DNA of 63,732 bases, counting the filler, from Folioceros fuciformis (Eukaryota), in NCBI GenBank assembly GCA_049999805.1. It is 9 parts of 9 records of this genome, joined end to end, with 100 filler letters (N's around TTAATTAATTAA, not from the genome) between each part and the next. Parts side by side here need not be neighbours in the genome. Positions count along the whole stretch, not along the records: positions 1 to 12,618 come from JBNGIO010004399.1; 8 more parts are not named here. One strand, given 5' to 3'. Shown here in pieces: positions 1 to 12,718 of this stretch (positions within the stretch are counted from its first letter, which is position 1; the number at the start of each line of letters is the position of its first letter). A program made the translations under genes and the position numbers. The notes beneath the pieces are model-generated. The model did not search any database. It saw only the letters and a list, made by a program, of their open reading frames with translations, and was not told where the DNA came from.

Positions 1-187
1 GGGATGGCCTTATGGCATGGAGAGAGAGTGCACCGCTTCGGTGGTAGCGGTTAGGGTTGCGACGCTCTCTATAAAGACGTGACTCCTATTAAACGCTCCC
101 AGCGTTTCATACCCCGGCTTTATGCCCTAACAATAAATAAATAATTAAGTCTGGTTATTAAATGCTTAACCTATGTATGCTTTTTCA
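1..187 (-). repeat. Start of the Copia 3' LTR (truncated by scaffold end)
   Basis: Minus strand reads AAGTGGGAG-TA-TGAAAAAGC: a PPT-like tract followed by a TG start. It pairs with the CA end at 6232-6233. Confidence 0.65.
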
Positions 188-189
188 TA

Positions 190-198
190 CTCCCACTT
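190..198 (-). promoter_or_regulatory. Polypurine tract (PPT) of the Copia element
   Basis: AAGTGGGAG on the minus strand, a typical Copia PPT form, 2 nt before TG. Confidence 0.65.
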
Positions 199-274
199 AG
201 CCGGACTTTGTTAATTTTTCGACTCTTCGTCTTCAATCTGCAGCTAGGGTTTGCTTTCGCTTAGGGCCGCCGTC

Positions 275-706
275 ATGGATTCCGCCACTGATGGCCAGGT
301 TCAGGTCGCTTGCGTGCTGTTGCTGGTCATTGTGCTGATCCTTCTTGCGCTCCGTTGGCGGAAGCCCTGCTCCTTGTGCAACGAGTTTGCCAGATTACAG
401 AGCGCTGAGGCTGGCCTGGAGGCAGCGCACGCTCGTTGGAGGCGCCTGCAGGGATTTCCTCAACTGATACCAGATGCGCCTTTTAGAATGCTCCCAAATT
501 GCATGGACCGTTTCTTGTACGCTGGCTCAGACTTCACAGACGAAGGGCGACTCATCCTAAGATATGGTGAGCTCTCCACAAGCTTCTGCGATGTTGCTCG
601 CTGCTGTTTTCCTTCCGTTTGCTGTTCTGACCATCTGCTGCCTTGCGCTGAGCCCTGGTATATGTGCTCCACTAAAAAGGCAACTCGCCGCTTCAAGAGC
701 AGCTAG
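275..706 (+). CDS. 143-aa antisense ORF inside the Copia element: N-terminal TM helix, Cys-rich
   Basis: ATG in the context GCCGCCGTCATGG; uninterrupted frame; hydrophobic run VACVLLLVIVLILLAL followed by RWRK; 11 Cys. Confidence 0.6.
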   Translation: MDSATDGQVQVACVLLLVIVLILLALRWRKPCSLCNEFARLQSAEAGLEAAHARWRRLQGFPQLIPDAPFRMLPNCMDRFLYAGSDFTDEGRLILRYGELSTSFCDVARCCFPSVCCSDHLLPCAEPWYMCSTKKATRRFKSS

Positions 707-770
707 TTCTGAAGATCTGAAGACCTACATGAAGACTTGCAAGTGCTGACCTCGTGGGTGTATCTTGGTG

Positions 771-3700
771 CTACTTTCTTACTGTCAGGCCCAGAGCCCT
801 ACAGAATTTGTCATGTTTATCCTTTGCTAGGGCTTTGGTTAGCAGGTCTGACACATTGTCGGTTGTAGGCACATACTGCAATGTTGCCTGCCCATTTATT
901 ATCACCTGTCTAATGAAGTGATGCTTTACTTCTATATGTTTGGTTCTGGCATGCATAATAGGATTTTGTGCTAATGCAATAGCAGACTAATTGTCACATA
1001 GTAGAAGTGTGGGTGAAGTCTGGGTTTCACCTAGTGAGGAGAGCAGTTCCCTTGCGTAGACTATATCTTGGGCAGCAGTAGCTGTAGCGGCATACTCTGC
1101 CTCTGTAGACGATAGAGCCACCACTTGCTGTTTCTTGGAATGCCAAGAAATCACAGTGGAATCATATTCATGGGCTCCCAGAAGCAAGCAATTGGCAGAG
1201 ATGGACCTGCGTGTGTCAGCATCTGCTGCCCAGTCTGCGTCGCAAAAACATGTCAGCAGCAGATCTTTTGGTCGTTGTCTGTACAGCAGGCCAAGTCTTG
1301 GCGTGCCCTTCAGGTATCTCATCACCCTCTGTACAACTGCCCAATGTGCTGGTCCATAGCGTGTTAAGAACTGAGAGGTTACTCCCACTGCGTAGGACAG
1401 GTCAGGTCTCGTCCAATTTCTGCAGTAGATTAGTGAGCATACAGCTAACCTGTATGGAATATTTTCCATTTGCTGCCTCTCTGTCTCTGTTTTGGGTGCC
1501 TCCTCAACACTCAGCTTATCACCAACGGCCATCGGCGTCGCAGCAGGTTTGCAGTCCGACATCCTATATCGTGCTAACACCTGGCTGATGTACTGAGCCT
1601 GATGTATGAAGACAGTGTGCTGTTCCATGTCTTGCAGAATTTCTATGTCGAGGAACCATGTGAGCTTCCCCAAGTCAGTCATGGAAAACTCAGAGGTGAG
1701 TATAGATTTGACCTTGGCCATAATCTTTGGGTTGCTGGCAATGAGGACAGCATCGTCCACGTATAGAGCCAGAAAGACTACTCCGTCTTTCTCCTCTAAC
1801 TTATACACATTCGAGTCAGATTCAGATTGCAGGAAACCTGACTGCTTAAGGTACGTGTCGATGCGTTTGTACCAGGCTCGTGGGGACTGTTTTAGTCCGT
1901 AGATTGTCTTAATGAGCCTACATACCTTTCCTGGCTGCTTGGAATCTACAAAACCTTCCGGCTGATTCATGAAAATCGTTTCTTCCAGGGTGCCGTTCAA
2001 GAAGGCAGTCTTCACGTCCATGTGTTCCATGGCATAGTCTCTTTGTGCTGCAATTGCAAATAATGTGCGAACAGAGGTTGCCCTGACCACAGGAGAAAAG
2101 GTTTCTGTATAATCCAGGCCCTCCACCTGGCTATACCCTCTTGCCACAAGTCGAGCCTTAAATCGAGCTATGCTTCCGTCAGCAGCAAGCTTCTTTTTAA
2201 ATACCCACTTGCAGGTTACAGGTTTCCTGCCAGCAGGTAAGTCCACCAGTTCCCACGTCCTATTATCCATCAAGGACTGGTACTCTGAGTCAATTGTAGC
2301 AGCCCACTTTGCAGCTTCTGGTCCGCTGATTGCTTCTTTGTATGATTGTCGCTCATACAGATTATCTGGTGCACTATCATCATGCACCAGAAACGAACTG
2401 TATGTGAGAGGTGGTGTTACCCATTCGTCGAGTGAGGCAGTGTGCCTCCTGCTGCTTCCTCTTGGACCCTCAGGTTCTGGAGCTGATTCCACCTCTACTT
2501 CAGATGAATATCCTTGTTCAGCTTGTGTATCGGCAACCTCCTCATGACTGCCTGTATGGATGTCCCCTGTATCCTCCTCACTTACATTACCAGCAACTAC
2601 CTCAGCTTGGGTGTCATTGGAACCTTCTCCATCATCATCATCCGAAAAAATACTTGCAGGCTGGTTGACTGCAACTGCAGGTACGTGTGCATGCTGAGTT
2701 GTAGTACTTGTGTGTTGGAAGGTCTCCTCGCTACTTTCCCCTTCTGATGCCTCACTTGTGGATGCTTCCTGTGCAGGGATTCGCTCTGGAAGCTCAGGTT
2801 GAGGTGTGAGCAGAGACAACTCGTCAAATACCACACTTCGGCAATGAGTTATGCCTCTGGTGAGCGGTTCCATCAATTTGTACCCTTTGATTCCTTCCGT
2901 GTAACCTACAAACACGTACTTGCGTGCCTTGTAGTCAAGCTTGACTCGCTGATCCTCTGACAGATGAGCATATGCTGCTGCACCGAATATTCTGAGGTGA
3001 TTGATTCTCGGCTTATGGTTAGTCCAGCGCTCATATGGAGTTGCTCCTGTGAACACACTGGTAGGAACTCTGTTCCTAATGTACAGTGCCGTACATACTG
3101 CTTCAGCCCAGTATCCTCTCAGAAGTCGTGCTTGCTGGAGCATTGCTTTTGCTGATTCCTGTGTATGCCGATTGGAAATTTCAGCTATGGGATTTTGTCC
3201 TGACGTGTATGGAGTCGTCAGCTGTCTGGCTATGCCTTGTCCCTTGCAAAAGCTGGTGAAGGCATCTAAGATGTACTCGCCTCCGTTATCACTTCTCAAG
3301 ACATTCAGTAGCTGGCCTATTTGTCTCTAAGCAAACGTAACAAACTCCATGAAACAATCCAGGGTTTGACCTTTCTGTTTGATGGGATACACAACCGTGT
3401 ATCGGCTCCAGTCATCTATGAATGACAGAAAATATCTGGCTCCACCAAGTGACACTGTGGACATGGGTCCACATATATCAGTGTGTACTAGCTCCAGGAG
3501 CTTGGTAGCACATGTTGGATTGTTGTCTTTGTATGGAGCTCGGTGGTGTTTGCCAAACACGCACGCCTCACAAAAAGGCTTCTCAGCAGGCTTCATCAAG
3601 AACCTTTCCCGGTAAAGTGTGTCACTGTTGACCATCATATTCAATTTGTCAAAGTTTGTATGTCCCAAACGCGCATGCCACAACCTGGCATCCTGCTCAT

Positions 3701-5182
3701 CCTTCTGTGCCTGTGTCAGGTTCGCCATTGGTCTCCCATGCCCATACTGAACATCTAGCTTGTACAGGTTGTGTTCTGGTGTCCCAATTGCAAAAACTTC
3801 TGATTTGTTTTCCTGGTCAACTATATGGCACTGACCATTTGCACACATGGTGCTTAATTTGTGCTGTACGTCTAACAAGTAGACTGACACCAAGTTCTTG
3901 ACCAGGGTTGGTACATGCAGAACCTCTAGCAAGATTTCAACTCTACCAGTTGTGGTCTGGACAGGAACTTTGCCTATTCCTTTAATTGGCAGACCTCGGT
4001 CATCACCAAGAAGCACAACCTGTCCATTTGGGACCTTTCTGTACTCTGAGAATGCTGATCTAGTATGGCAAATATGTGACGACGCACCTGAATCGAGGTA
4101 CCACGCATGCCTGTTTTGTGGTGTGGACACCATGTATACTGCAAGAACTGTGTTAGGTTTTCTGGATGCCATGTTGGCTTCAGGTGGAACTGTACGGCGA
4201 GGCTCACCTGCCTCTTTTTCCTACACTCCGCCTCCCAATGGCCTGGGATCAGGCACCAGTTGCAAGGGCCCTTTTTCTTATTAGCAGATGCTGTTGGGCG
4301 GCGCTTGAAAACCCCACTGCCACCAGCATTCTGGTTCTGAGATCCTTGTCGTGGTGGCTGCCTTTTTGAGCCTCTGTTTGTATAGAGAACTCGATTTGAG
4401 GACTCTCCTCTGGAGGAGGTACCACCCCTGCTTGCAATCCTCGTGGATTCTTCCTCCAGGAGGGCTCCAATCAGGTCTGAGAGGGAAACTGCAGGTGTCT
4501 GGCCTGCTGGTGTGGCCTAGGCCACATTCCGCATATGTGTGCAGTGGTTGCTCACAAAGACTCGATAGCTATCAGGCAGGGATAAGAGAAGGGCCACAGG
4601 AGCCTGCATCTATGTCGATGCAGTCCCACTAGAGGTAAGCTTAGACCTCAACATTCTGAACTTGATGACGTGCTGCTCCACTGACTCGTGCTCTTTCATC
4701 TTGCAGTTGTAGAAGGCACGAGTTGCACTCACCATTGATGATCCGTTCGACACTCTGTAAATTTGGTTCAGGGAGTCCCAAACATCCTTTGTTGTGTCAG
4801 CATCTTGAGTATGGTGCATCATTGACCCGTCGAGAGCTGACTGAATGATGCCCAAGGCTCGAAGATCTGATTTTGCCCAAGCCACTATATCAGCCTGGGC
4901 TGCTCCTTGCGGAGGCTTGGGCACTGTGCCAGTCACGATGCCCCATAGGTCATGCTCTTTCAGGATGGTCTGACCTCTGAGAGCCCAGATGTCAAACTGG
5001 GTACCATTGAACCTATCTCTCTCCTTAAAATCTATTTTCACATTTGTGACTGTGGTTGTATTGTTTGCGACAGCCTGCGGTGGCAGATTTGCCATGTTTC
5101 CAACAGCTTGATGTGAGAGGGCTGATCCTACTTGTCCTACAGCATATGCCTGAGCTAGCTGCGCAACAGATACAGCATGCAA
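771..5182 (-). pseudogene. Copia gag-pol polyprotein, disrupted
   Basis: Domains are continuous but broken by in-frame TAG at 4610-4612, about 4518, 3327-3329 and 987-989 (CDN*SAIALA, where Copia normally has CDNQSAIAL), plus a frameshift near 4215 just after the zinc knuckle CNWCLIPGHWEAEC. Confidence 0.93.
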
Positions 5183-6218
5183 GCCTGTGCTTGACTGAGA
5201 GGAGGCAGTCTCCTAATTTAGGCCAAGAGGGTCAACTAGGAAAGGATCTGGATTTGTGTTTCCACTCCTCCCTGTATCACGACCTCTACGCCTGCCTCTT
5301 GGGTTTCTGTTACCCCTACCATGGTTATTATTGGACATGAGCCAATTTAGGAAGATGCCTGATCATGGGTGAGCAAGAAGTAGATTCTTGTTCCCATGAT
5401 AGGGATTACAGACTGAGGTTGATTTATCTGCACGTCTCCACAGGTCAGGCCAGGTTGTTATGTAGATTTGTGAAAAATAGGTAGCCTGGTCAGCAGTTCG
5501 ATCTGCTGTGTGAGGCTCACTATCTGTCTATGGGAGTTTATGACCCTGCCTGTCAAGTCACACACCTGTTGCCTATGCCTCTCTGATTCTGACCTGAAAC
5601 TGGTGTATAATTCCTGAAGGGAAAGGTCAGGCTTGGGAGGATATGTGCTTCCACAAATCTTGCAGGTGGGGATCTCGTTTGCTTTCTGTACACTAGTTGC
5701 AAGTGCTCGATTTATCTCCTTGCGAATTTGATTCCTAAGACTCGCTAAGGGATCTGGCTGTACAGTTTTCTGAAAAAGACTGCTCTGCCTCTATGATGCA
5801 GGCCTAGGACACAAGTTAAAGAGGTGTTGCAGATTTTTATGCTGCTCTTCTACACTCTTTCCAGGACTGCGGGAAACGAATTAGGAGGTAATTTACCCTT
5901 CCCACGTGCTCTCGGCATCCCGACTGTCTATAAATAATAATGAAAGAGAGAGAGTCTAATGTCTAAAACCTTGTGCCCCATGTCCTCTGTGATGACCAAC
6001 GCAGCTCTAATTGCAGAGATTACGCAATGGAATTGATCGTACGACAATCTCTTGATGCAAGTTGTGCACTGCTCAGATGACAACAATGGGAAATCCATGT
6101 TCTAATTAGAAAGTTCTATGTGCAGGGTATTAAATTTGTCCATTTGCTTCCTGTTCAGGCGCCAGGAAGTGCTACGCCTCAGCAGAGGGCGAATTGGCAA
6201 TTTTTAATACCTGAACAT

Positions 6219-6231
6219 GGCTCTGATACCA
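6219..6231 (-). promoter_or_regulatory. Primer binding site, initiator tRNA-Met
   Basis: TGGTATCAGAGCC immediately after the LTR end ...TTTACA. Confidence 0.93.
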
Positions 6232-6304
6232 TGTAAATTCTAGACTGAGATCGATTAGATGCACACAAAAATTGTAGAAAAACAAGTAGTAAATTAGGCG
6301 TGGA
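6232..6304 (-). repeat. End of the Copia 5' LTR (truncated)
   Basis: Ends in CA directly before the PBS. Confidence 0.8.
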
Positions 6305-6314
6305 NNNNNNNNNN

Positions 6315-9300
6315 GGGATGGCCTTATGGCATGGAGAGAGAGTGCACCGCTTCGGTGGTAGCGGTTAGGGTTGCGACGCTCTCTATAAAGACGTGACTCC
6401 TATTAAACGCTCCCAGCGTTTCATACCCCGGCTTTATGCCCTAACAATAAATAAATAATTAAGTCTGGTTATTAAATGCTTAACCTATGTATGCTTTTTC
6501 ATACTCCCACTTAGCCGGACTTTGTTAATTTTTCGACTCTTCGTCTTCAATCTGCAGCTAGGGTTTGCTTTCGCTTAGGGCCGCCGTCATGGATTCCGCC
6601 ACTGATGGCCAGGTTCAGGTCGCTTGCGTGCTGTTGCTGGTCATTGTGCTGATCCTTCTTGCGCTCCGTTGGCGGAAGCCCTGCTCCTTGTGCAACGAGT
6701 TTGCCAGATTACAGAGCGCTGAGGCTGGCCTGGAGGCAGCGCACGCTCGTTGGAGGCGCCTGCAGGGATTTCCTCAACTGATACCAGATGCGCCTTTTAG
6801 AATGCTCCCAAATTGCATGGACCGTTTCTTGTACGCTGGCTCAGACTTCACAGACGAAGGGCGACTCATCCTAAGATATGGTGAGCTCTCCACAAGCTTC
6901 TGCGATGTTGCTCGCTGCTGTTTTCCTTCCGTTTGCTGTTCTGACCATCTGCTGCCTTGCGCTGAGCCCTGGTATATGTGCTCCACTAAAAAGGCAACTC
7001 GCCGCTTCAAGAGCAGCTAGTTCTGAAGATCTGAAGACCTACATGAAGACTTGCAAGTGCTGACCTCGTGGGTGTATCTTGGTGCTACTTTCTTACTGTC
7101 AGGCCCAGAGCCCTACAGAATTTGTCATGTTTATCCTTTGCTAGGGCTTTGGTTAGCAGGTCTGACACATTGTCGGTTGTAGGCACATACTGCAATGTTG
7201 CCTGCCCATTTATTATCACCTGTCTAATGAAGTGATGCTTTACTTCTATATGTTTGGTTCTGGCATGCATAATAGGATTTTGTGCTAATGCAATAGCAGA
7301 CTAATTGTCACATAGTAGAAGTGTGGGTGAAGTCTGGGTTTCACCTAGTGAGGAGAGCAGTTCCCTTGCGTAGACTATATCTTGGGCAGCAGTAGCTGTA
7401 GCGGCATACTCTGCCTCTGTAGACGATAGAGCCACCACTTGCTGTTTCTTGGAATGCCAAGAAATCACAGTGGAATCATATTCATGGGCTCCCAGAAGCA
7501 AGCAATTGGCAGAGATGGACCTGCGTGTGTCAGCATCTGCTGCCCAGTCTGCGTCGCAAAAACATGTCAGCAGCAGATCTTTTGGTCGTTGTCTGTACAG
7601 CAGGCCAAGTCTTGGCGTGCCCTTCAGGTATCTCATCACCCTCTGTACAACTGCCCAATGTGCTGGTCCATAGCGTGTTAAGAACTGAGAGGTTACTCCC
7701 ACTGCGTAGGACAGGTCAGGTCTCGTCCAATTTCTGCAGTAGATTAGTGAGCATACAGCTAACCTGTATGGAATATTTTCCATTTGCTGCCTCTCTGTCT
7801 CTGTTTTGGGTGCCTCCTCAACACTCAGCTTATCACCAACGGCCATCGGCGTCGCAGCAGGTTTGCAGTCCGACATCCTATATCGTGCTAACACCTGGCT
7901 GATGTACTGAGCCTGATGTATGAAGACAGTGTGCTGTTCCATGTCTTGCAGAATTTCTATGTCGAGGAACCATGTGAGCTTCCCCAAGTCAGTCATGGAA
8001 AACTCAGAGGTGAGTATAGATTTGACCTTGGCCATAATCTTTGGGTTGCTGGCAATGAGGACAGCATCGTCCACGTATAGAGCCAGAAAGACTACTCCGT
8101 CTTTCTCCTCTAACTTATACACATTCGAGTCAGATTCAGATTGCAGGAAACCTGACTGCTTAAGGTACGTGTCGATGCGTTTGTACCAGGCTCGTGGGGA
8201 CTGTTTTAGTCCGTAGATTGTCTTAATGAGCCTACATACCTTTCCTGGCTGCTTGGAATCTACAAAACCTTCCGGCTGATTCATGAAAATCGTTTCTTCC
8301 AGGGTGCCGTTCAAGAAGGCAGTCTTCACGTCCATGTGTTCCATGGCATAGTCTCTTTGTGCTGCAATTGCAAATAATGTGCGAACAGAGGTTGCCCTGA
8401 CCACAGGAGAAAAGGTTTCTGTATAATCCAGGCCCTCCACCTGGCTATACCCTCTTGCCACAAGTCGAGCCTTAAATCGAGCTATGCTTCCGTCAGCAGC
8501 AAGCTTCTTTTTAAATACCCACTTGCAGGTTACAGGTTTCCTGCCAGCAGGTAAGTCCACCAGTTCCCACGTCCTATTATCCATCAAGGACTGGTACTCT
8601 GAGTCAATTGTAGCAGCCCACTTTGCAGCTTCTGGTCCGCTGATTGCTTCTTTGTATGATTGTCGCTCATACAGATTATCTGGTGCACTATCATCATGCA
8701 CCAGAAACGAACTGTATGTGAGAGGTGGTGTTACCCATTCGTCGAGTGAGGCAGTGTGCCTCCTGCTGCTTCCTCTTGGACCCTCAGGTTCTGGAGCTGA
8801 TTCCACCTCTACTTCAGATGAATATCCTTGTTCAGCTTGTGTATCGGCAACCTCCTCATGACTGCCTGTATGGATGTCCCCTGTATCCTCCTCACTTACA
8901 TTACCAGCAACTACCTCAGCTTGGGTGTCATTGGAACCTTCTCCATCATCATCATCCGAAAAAATACTTGCAGGCTGGTTGACTGCAACTGCAGGTACGT
9001 GTGCATGCTGAGTTGTAGTACTTGTGTGTTGGAAGGTCTCCTCGCTACTTTCCCCTTCTGATGCCTCACTTGTGGATGCTTCCTGTGCAGGGATTCGCTC
9101 TGGAAGCTCAGGTTGAGGTGTGAGCAGAGACAACTCGTCAAATACCACACTTCGGCAATGAGTTATGCCTCTGGTGAGCGGTTCCATCAATTTGTACCCT
9201 TTGATTCCTTCCGTGTAACCTACAAACACGTACTTGCGTGCCTTGTAGTCAAGCTTGACTCGCTGATCCTCTGACAGATGAGCATATGCTGCTGCACCGA

Positions 9301-12300
9301 ATATTCTGAGGTGATTGATTCTCGGCTTATGGTTAGTCCAGCGCTCATATGGAGTTGCTCCTGTGAACACACTGGTAGGAACTCTGTTCCTAATGTACAG
9401 TGCCGTACATACTGCTTCAGCCCAGTATCCTCTCAGAAGTCGTGCTTGCTGGAGCATTGCTTTTGCTGATTCCTGTGTATGCCGATTGGAAATTTCAGCT
9501 ATGGGATTTTGTCCTGACGTGTATGGAGTCGTCAGCTGTCTGGCTATGCCTTGTCCCTTGCAAAAGCTGGTGAAGGCATCTAAGATGTACTCGCCTCCGT
9601 TATCACTTCTCAAGACATTCAGTAGCTGGCCTATTTGTCTCTAAGCAAACGTAACAAACTCCATGAAACAATCCAGGGTTTGACCTTTCTGTTTGATGGG
9701 ATACACAACCGTGTATCGGCTCCAGTCATCTATGAATGACAGAAAATATCTGGCTCCACCAAGTGACACTGTGGACATGGGTCCACATATATCAGTGTGT
9801 ACTAGCTCCAGGAGCTTGGTAGCACATGTTGGATTGTTGTCTTTGTATGGAGCTCGGTGGTGTTTGCCAAACACGCACGCCTCACAAAAAGGCTTCTCAG
9901 CAGGCTTCATCAAGAACCTTTCCCGGTAAAGTGTGTCACTGTTGACCATCATATTCAATTTGTCAAAGTTTGTATGTCCCAAACGCGCATGCCACAACCT
10001 GGCATCCTGCTCATCCTTCTGTGCCTGTGTCAGGTTCGCCATTGGTCTCCCATGCCCATACTGAACATCTAGCTTGTACAGGTTGTGTTCTGGTGTCCCA
10101 ATTGCAAAAACTTCTGATTTGTTTTCCTGGTCAACTATATGGCACTGACCATTTGCACACATGGTGCTTAATTTGTGCTGTACGTCTAACAAGTAGACTG
10201 ACACCAAGTTCTTGACCAGGGTTGGTACATGCAGAACCTCTAGCAAGATTTCAACTCTACCAGTTGTGGTCTGGACAGGAACTTTGCCTATTCCTTTAAT
10301 TGGCAGACCTCGGTCATCACCAAGAAGCACAACCTGTCCATTTGGGACCTTTCTGTACTCTGAGAATGCTGATCTAGTATGGCAAATATGTGACGACGCA
10401 CCTGAATCGAGGTACCACGCATGCCTGTTTTGTGGTGTGGACACCATGTATACTGCAAGAACTGTGTTAGGTTTTCTGGATGCCATGTTGGCTTCAGGTG
10501 GAACTGTACGGCGAGGCTCACCTGCCTCTTTTTCCTACACTCCGCCTCCCAATGGCCTGGGATCAGGCACCAGTTGCAAGGGCCCTTTTTCTTATTAGCA
10601 GATGCTGTTGGGCGGCGCTTGAAAACCCCACTGCCACCAGCATTCTGGTTCTGAGATCCTTGTCGTGGTGGCTGCCTTTTTGAGCCTCTGTTTGTATAGA
10701 GAACTCGATTTGAGGACTCTCCTCTGGAGGAGGTACCACCCCTGCTTGCAATCCTCGTGGATTCTTCCTCCAGGAGGGCTCCAATCAGGTCTGAGAGGGA
10801 AACTGCAGGTGTCTGGCCTGCTGGTGTGGCCTAGGCCACATTCCGCATATGTGTGCAGTGGTTGCTCACAAAGACTCGATAGCTATCAGGCAGGGATAAG
10901 AGAAGGGCCACAGGAGCCTGCATCTATGTCGATGCAGTCCCACTAGAGGTAAGCTTAGACCTCAACATTCTGAACTTGATGACGTGCTGCTCCACTGACT
11001 CGTGCTCTTTCATCTTGCAGTTGTAGAAGGCACGAGTTGCACTCACCATTGATGATCCGTTCGACACTCTGTAAATTTGGTTCAGGGAGTCCCAAACATC
11101 CTTTGTTGTGTCAGCATCTTGAGTATGGTGCATCATTGACCCGTCGAGAGCTGACTGAATGATGCCCAAGGCTCGAAGATCTGATTTTGCCCAAGCCACT
11201 ATATCAGCCTGGGCTGCTCCTTGCGGAGGCTTGGGCACTGTGCCAGTCACGATGCCCCATAGGTCATGCTCTTTCAGGATGGTCTGACCTCTGAGAGCCC
11301 AGATGTCAAACTGGGTACCATTGAACCTATCTCTCTCCTTAAAATCTATTTTCACATTTGTGACTGTGGTTGTATTGTTTGCGACAGCCTGCGGTGGCAG
11401 ATTTGCCATGTTTCCAACAGCTTGATGTGAGAGGGCTGATCCTACTTGTCCTACAGCATATGCCTGAGCTAGCTGCGCAACAGATACAGCATGCAAGCCT
11501 GTGCTTGACTGAGAGGAGGCAGTCTCCTAATTTAGGCCAAGAGGGTCAACTAGGAAAGGATCTGGATTTGTGTTTCCACTCCTCCCTGTATCACGACCTC
11601 TACGCCTGCCTCTTGGGTTTCTGTTACCCCTACCATGGTTATTATTGGACATGAGCCAATTTAGGAAGATGCCTGATCATGGGTGAGCAAGAAGTAGATT
11701 CTTGTTCCCATGATAGGGATTACAGACTGAGGTTGATTTATCTGCACGTCTCCACAGGTCAGGCCAGGTTGTTATGTAGATTTGTGAAAAATAGGTAGCC
11801 TGGTCAGCAGTTCGATCTGCTGTGTGAGGCTCACTATCTGTCTATGGGAGTTTATGACCCTGCCTGTCAAGTCACACACCTGTTGCCTATGCCTCTCTGA
11901 TTCTGACCTGAAACTGGTGTATAATTCCTGAAGGGAAAGGTCAGGCTTGGGAGGATATGTGCTTCCACAAATCTTGCAGGTGGGGATCTCGTTTGCTTTC
12001 TGTACACTAGTTGCAAGTGCTCGATTTATCTCCTTGCGAATTTGATTCCTAAGACTCGCTAAGGGATCTGGCTGTACAGTTTTCTGAAAAAGACTGCTCT
12101 GCCTCTATGATGCAGGCCTAGGACACAAGTTAAAGAGGTGTTGCAGATTTTTATGCTGCTCTTCTACACTCTTTCCAGGACTGCGGGAAACGAATTAGGA
12201 GGTAATTTACCCTTCCCACGTGCTCTCGGCATCCCGACTGTCTATAAATAATAATGAAAGAGAGAGAGTCTAATGTCTAAAACCTTGTGCCCCATGTCCT

Positions 12301-12618
12301 CTGTGATGACCAACGCAGCTCTAATTGCAGAGATTACGCAATGGAATTGATCGTACGACAATCTCTTGATGCAAGTTGTGCACTGCTCAGATGACAACAA
12401 TGGGAAATCCATGTTCTAATTAGAAAGTTCTATGTGCAGGGTATTAAATTTGTCCATTTGCTTCCTGTTCAGGCGCCAGGAAGTGCTACGCCTCAGCAGA
12501 GGGCGAATTGGCAATTTTTAATACCTGAACATGGCTCTGATACCATGTAAATTCTAGACTGAGATCGATTAGATGCACACAAAAATTGTAGAAAAACAAG
12601 TAGTAAATTAGGCGTGGA
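6315..12618 (-). mobile_element. Ty1/Copia element, duplicate of 1-6304 (probable assembly duplication)
   Basis: Identical ORF set offset by 6314 nt, same disabling mutations, separated by 10 Ns. Confidence 0.95.
6589..7020 (+). CDS. Duplicate of the antisense TM ORF
   Basis: Identical to 275-706. Confidence 0.55.
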   Translation: MDSATDGQVQVACVLLLVIVLILLALRWRKPCSLCNEFARLQSAEAGLEAAHARWRRLQGFPQLIPDAPFRMLPNCMDRFLYAGSDFTDEGRLILRYGELSTSFCDVARCCFPSVCCSDHLLPCAEPWYMCSTKKATRRFKSS

Positions 12619-12718
12619 NNNNNNNNNNNNNNNNNNNNNNNNNNNNNNNNNNNNNNNNNNNNTTAATTAATTAANNNNNNNNNNNNNNNNNNNNNNNNNN
12701 NNNNNNNNNNNNNNNNNN
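12619..12718. other. Artificial scaffold linker (others at 14555-14654, 19155-19254, 32516-32615, 44351-44450, 51139-51238, 58873-58972, 61544-61643)
   Basis: N44-TTAATTAATTAA-N44; the core gives stops in all six frames and recurs eight times. Confidence 0.98.

Larger units (their letters stand above)
1..6304 (-). mobile_element. Ty1/Copia LTR retrotransposon, near full length, decayed (copy 1)
   Basis: Minus-strand order gag, protease (WYLDSGASSH), GAG-pre-integrase (LWHARLGH), integrase (VHTDICGP, RSDNGGEY), RT (YVDD), RNase H (CDADWA, TEAEY) is the Copia order. PBS lies next to an LTR end at 6232; a PPT-like tract and TG start of the 3' LTR lie at about 187-198. Confidence 0.97.

Noticed and set aside
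987-3329. TAG codons in Copia pol as programmed readthrough or RNA-editing sites
   Set aside because: Several scattered stops plus a frameshift fit ordinary decay; plant U-to-C editing is organellar.
12663-12674. Recurrent palindrome TTAATTAATTAA as a biological motif
   Set aside because: Always centred in N runs; it is a synthetic six-frame-stop linker, so adjacency across it has no meaning.
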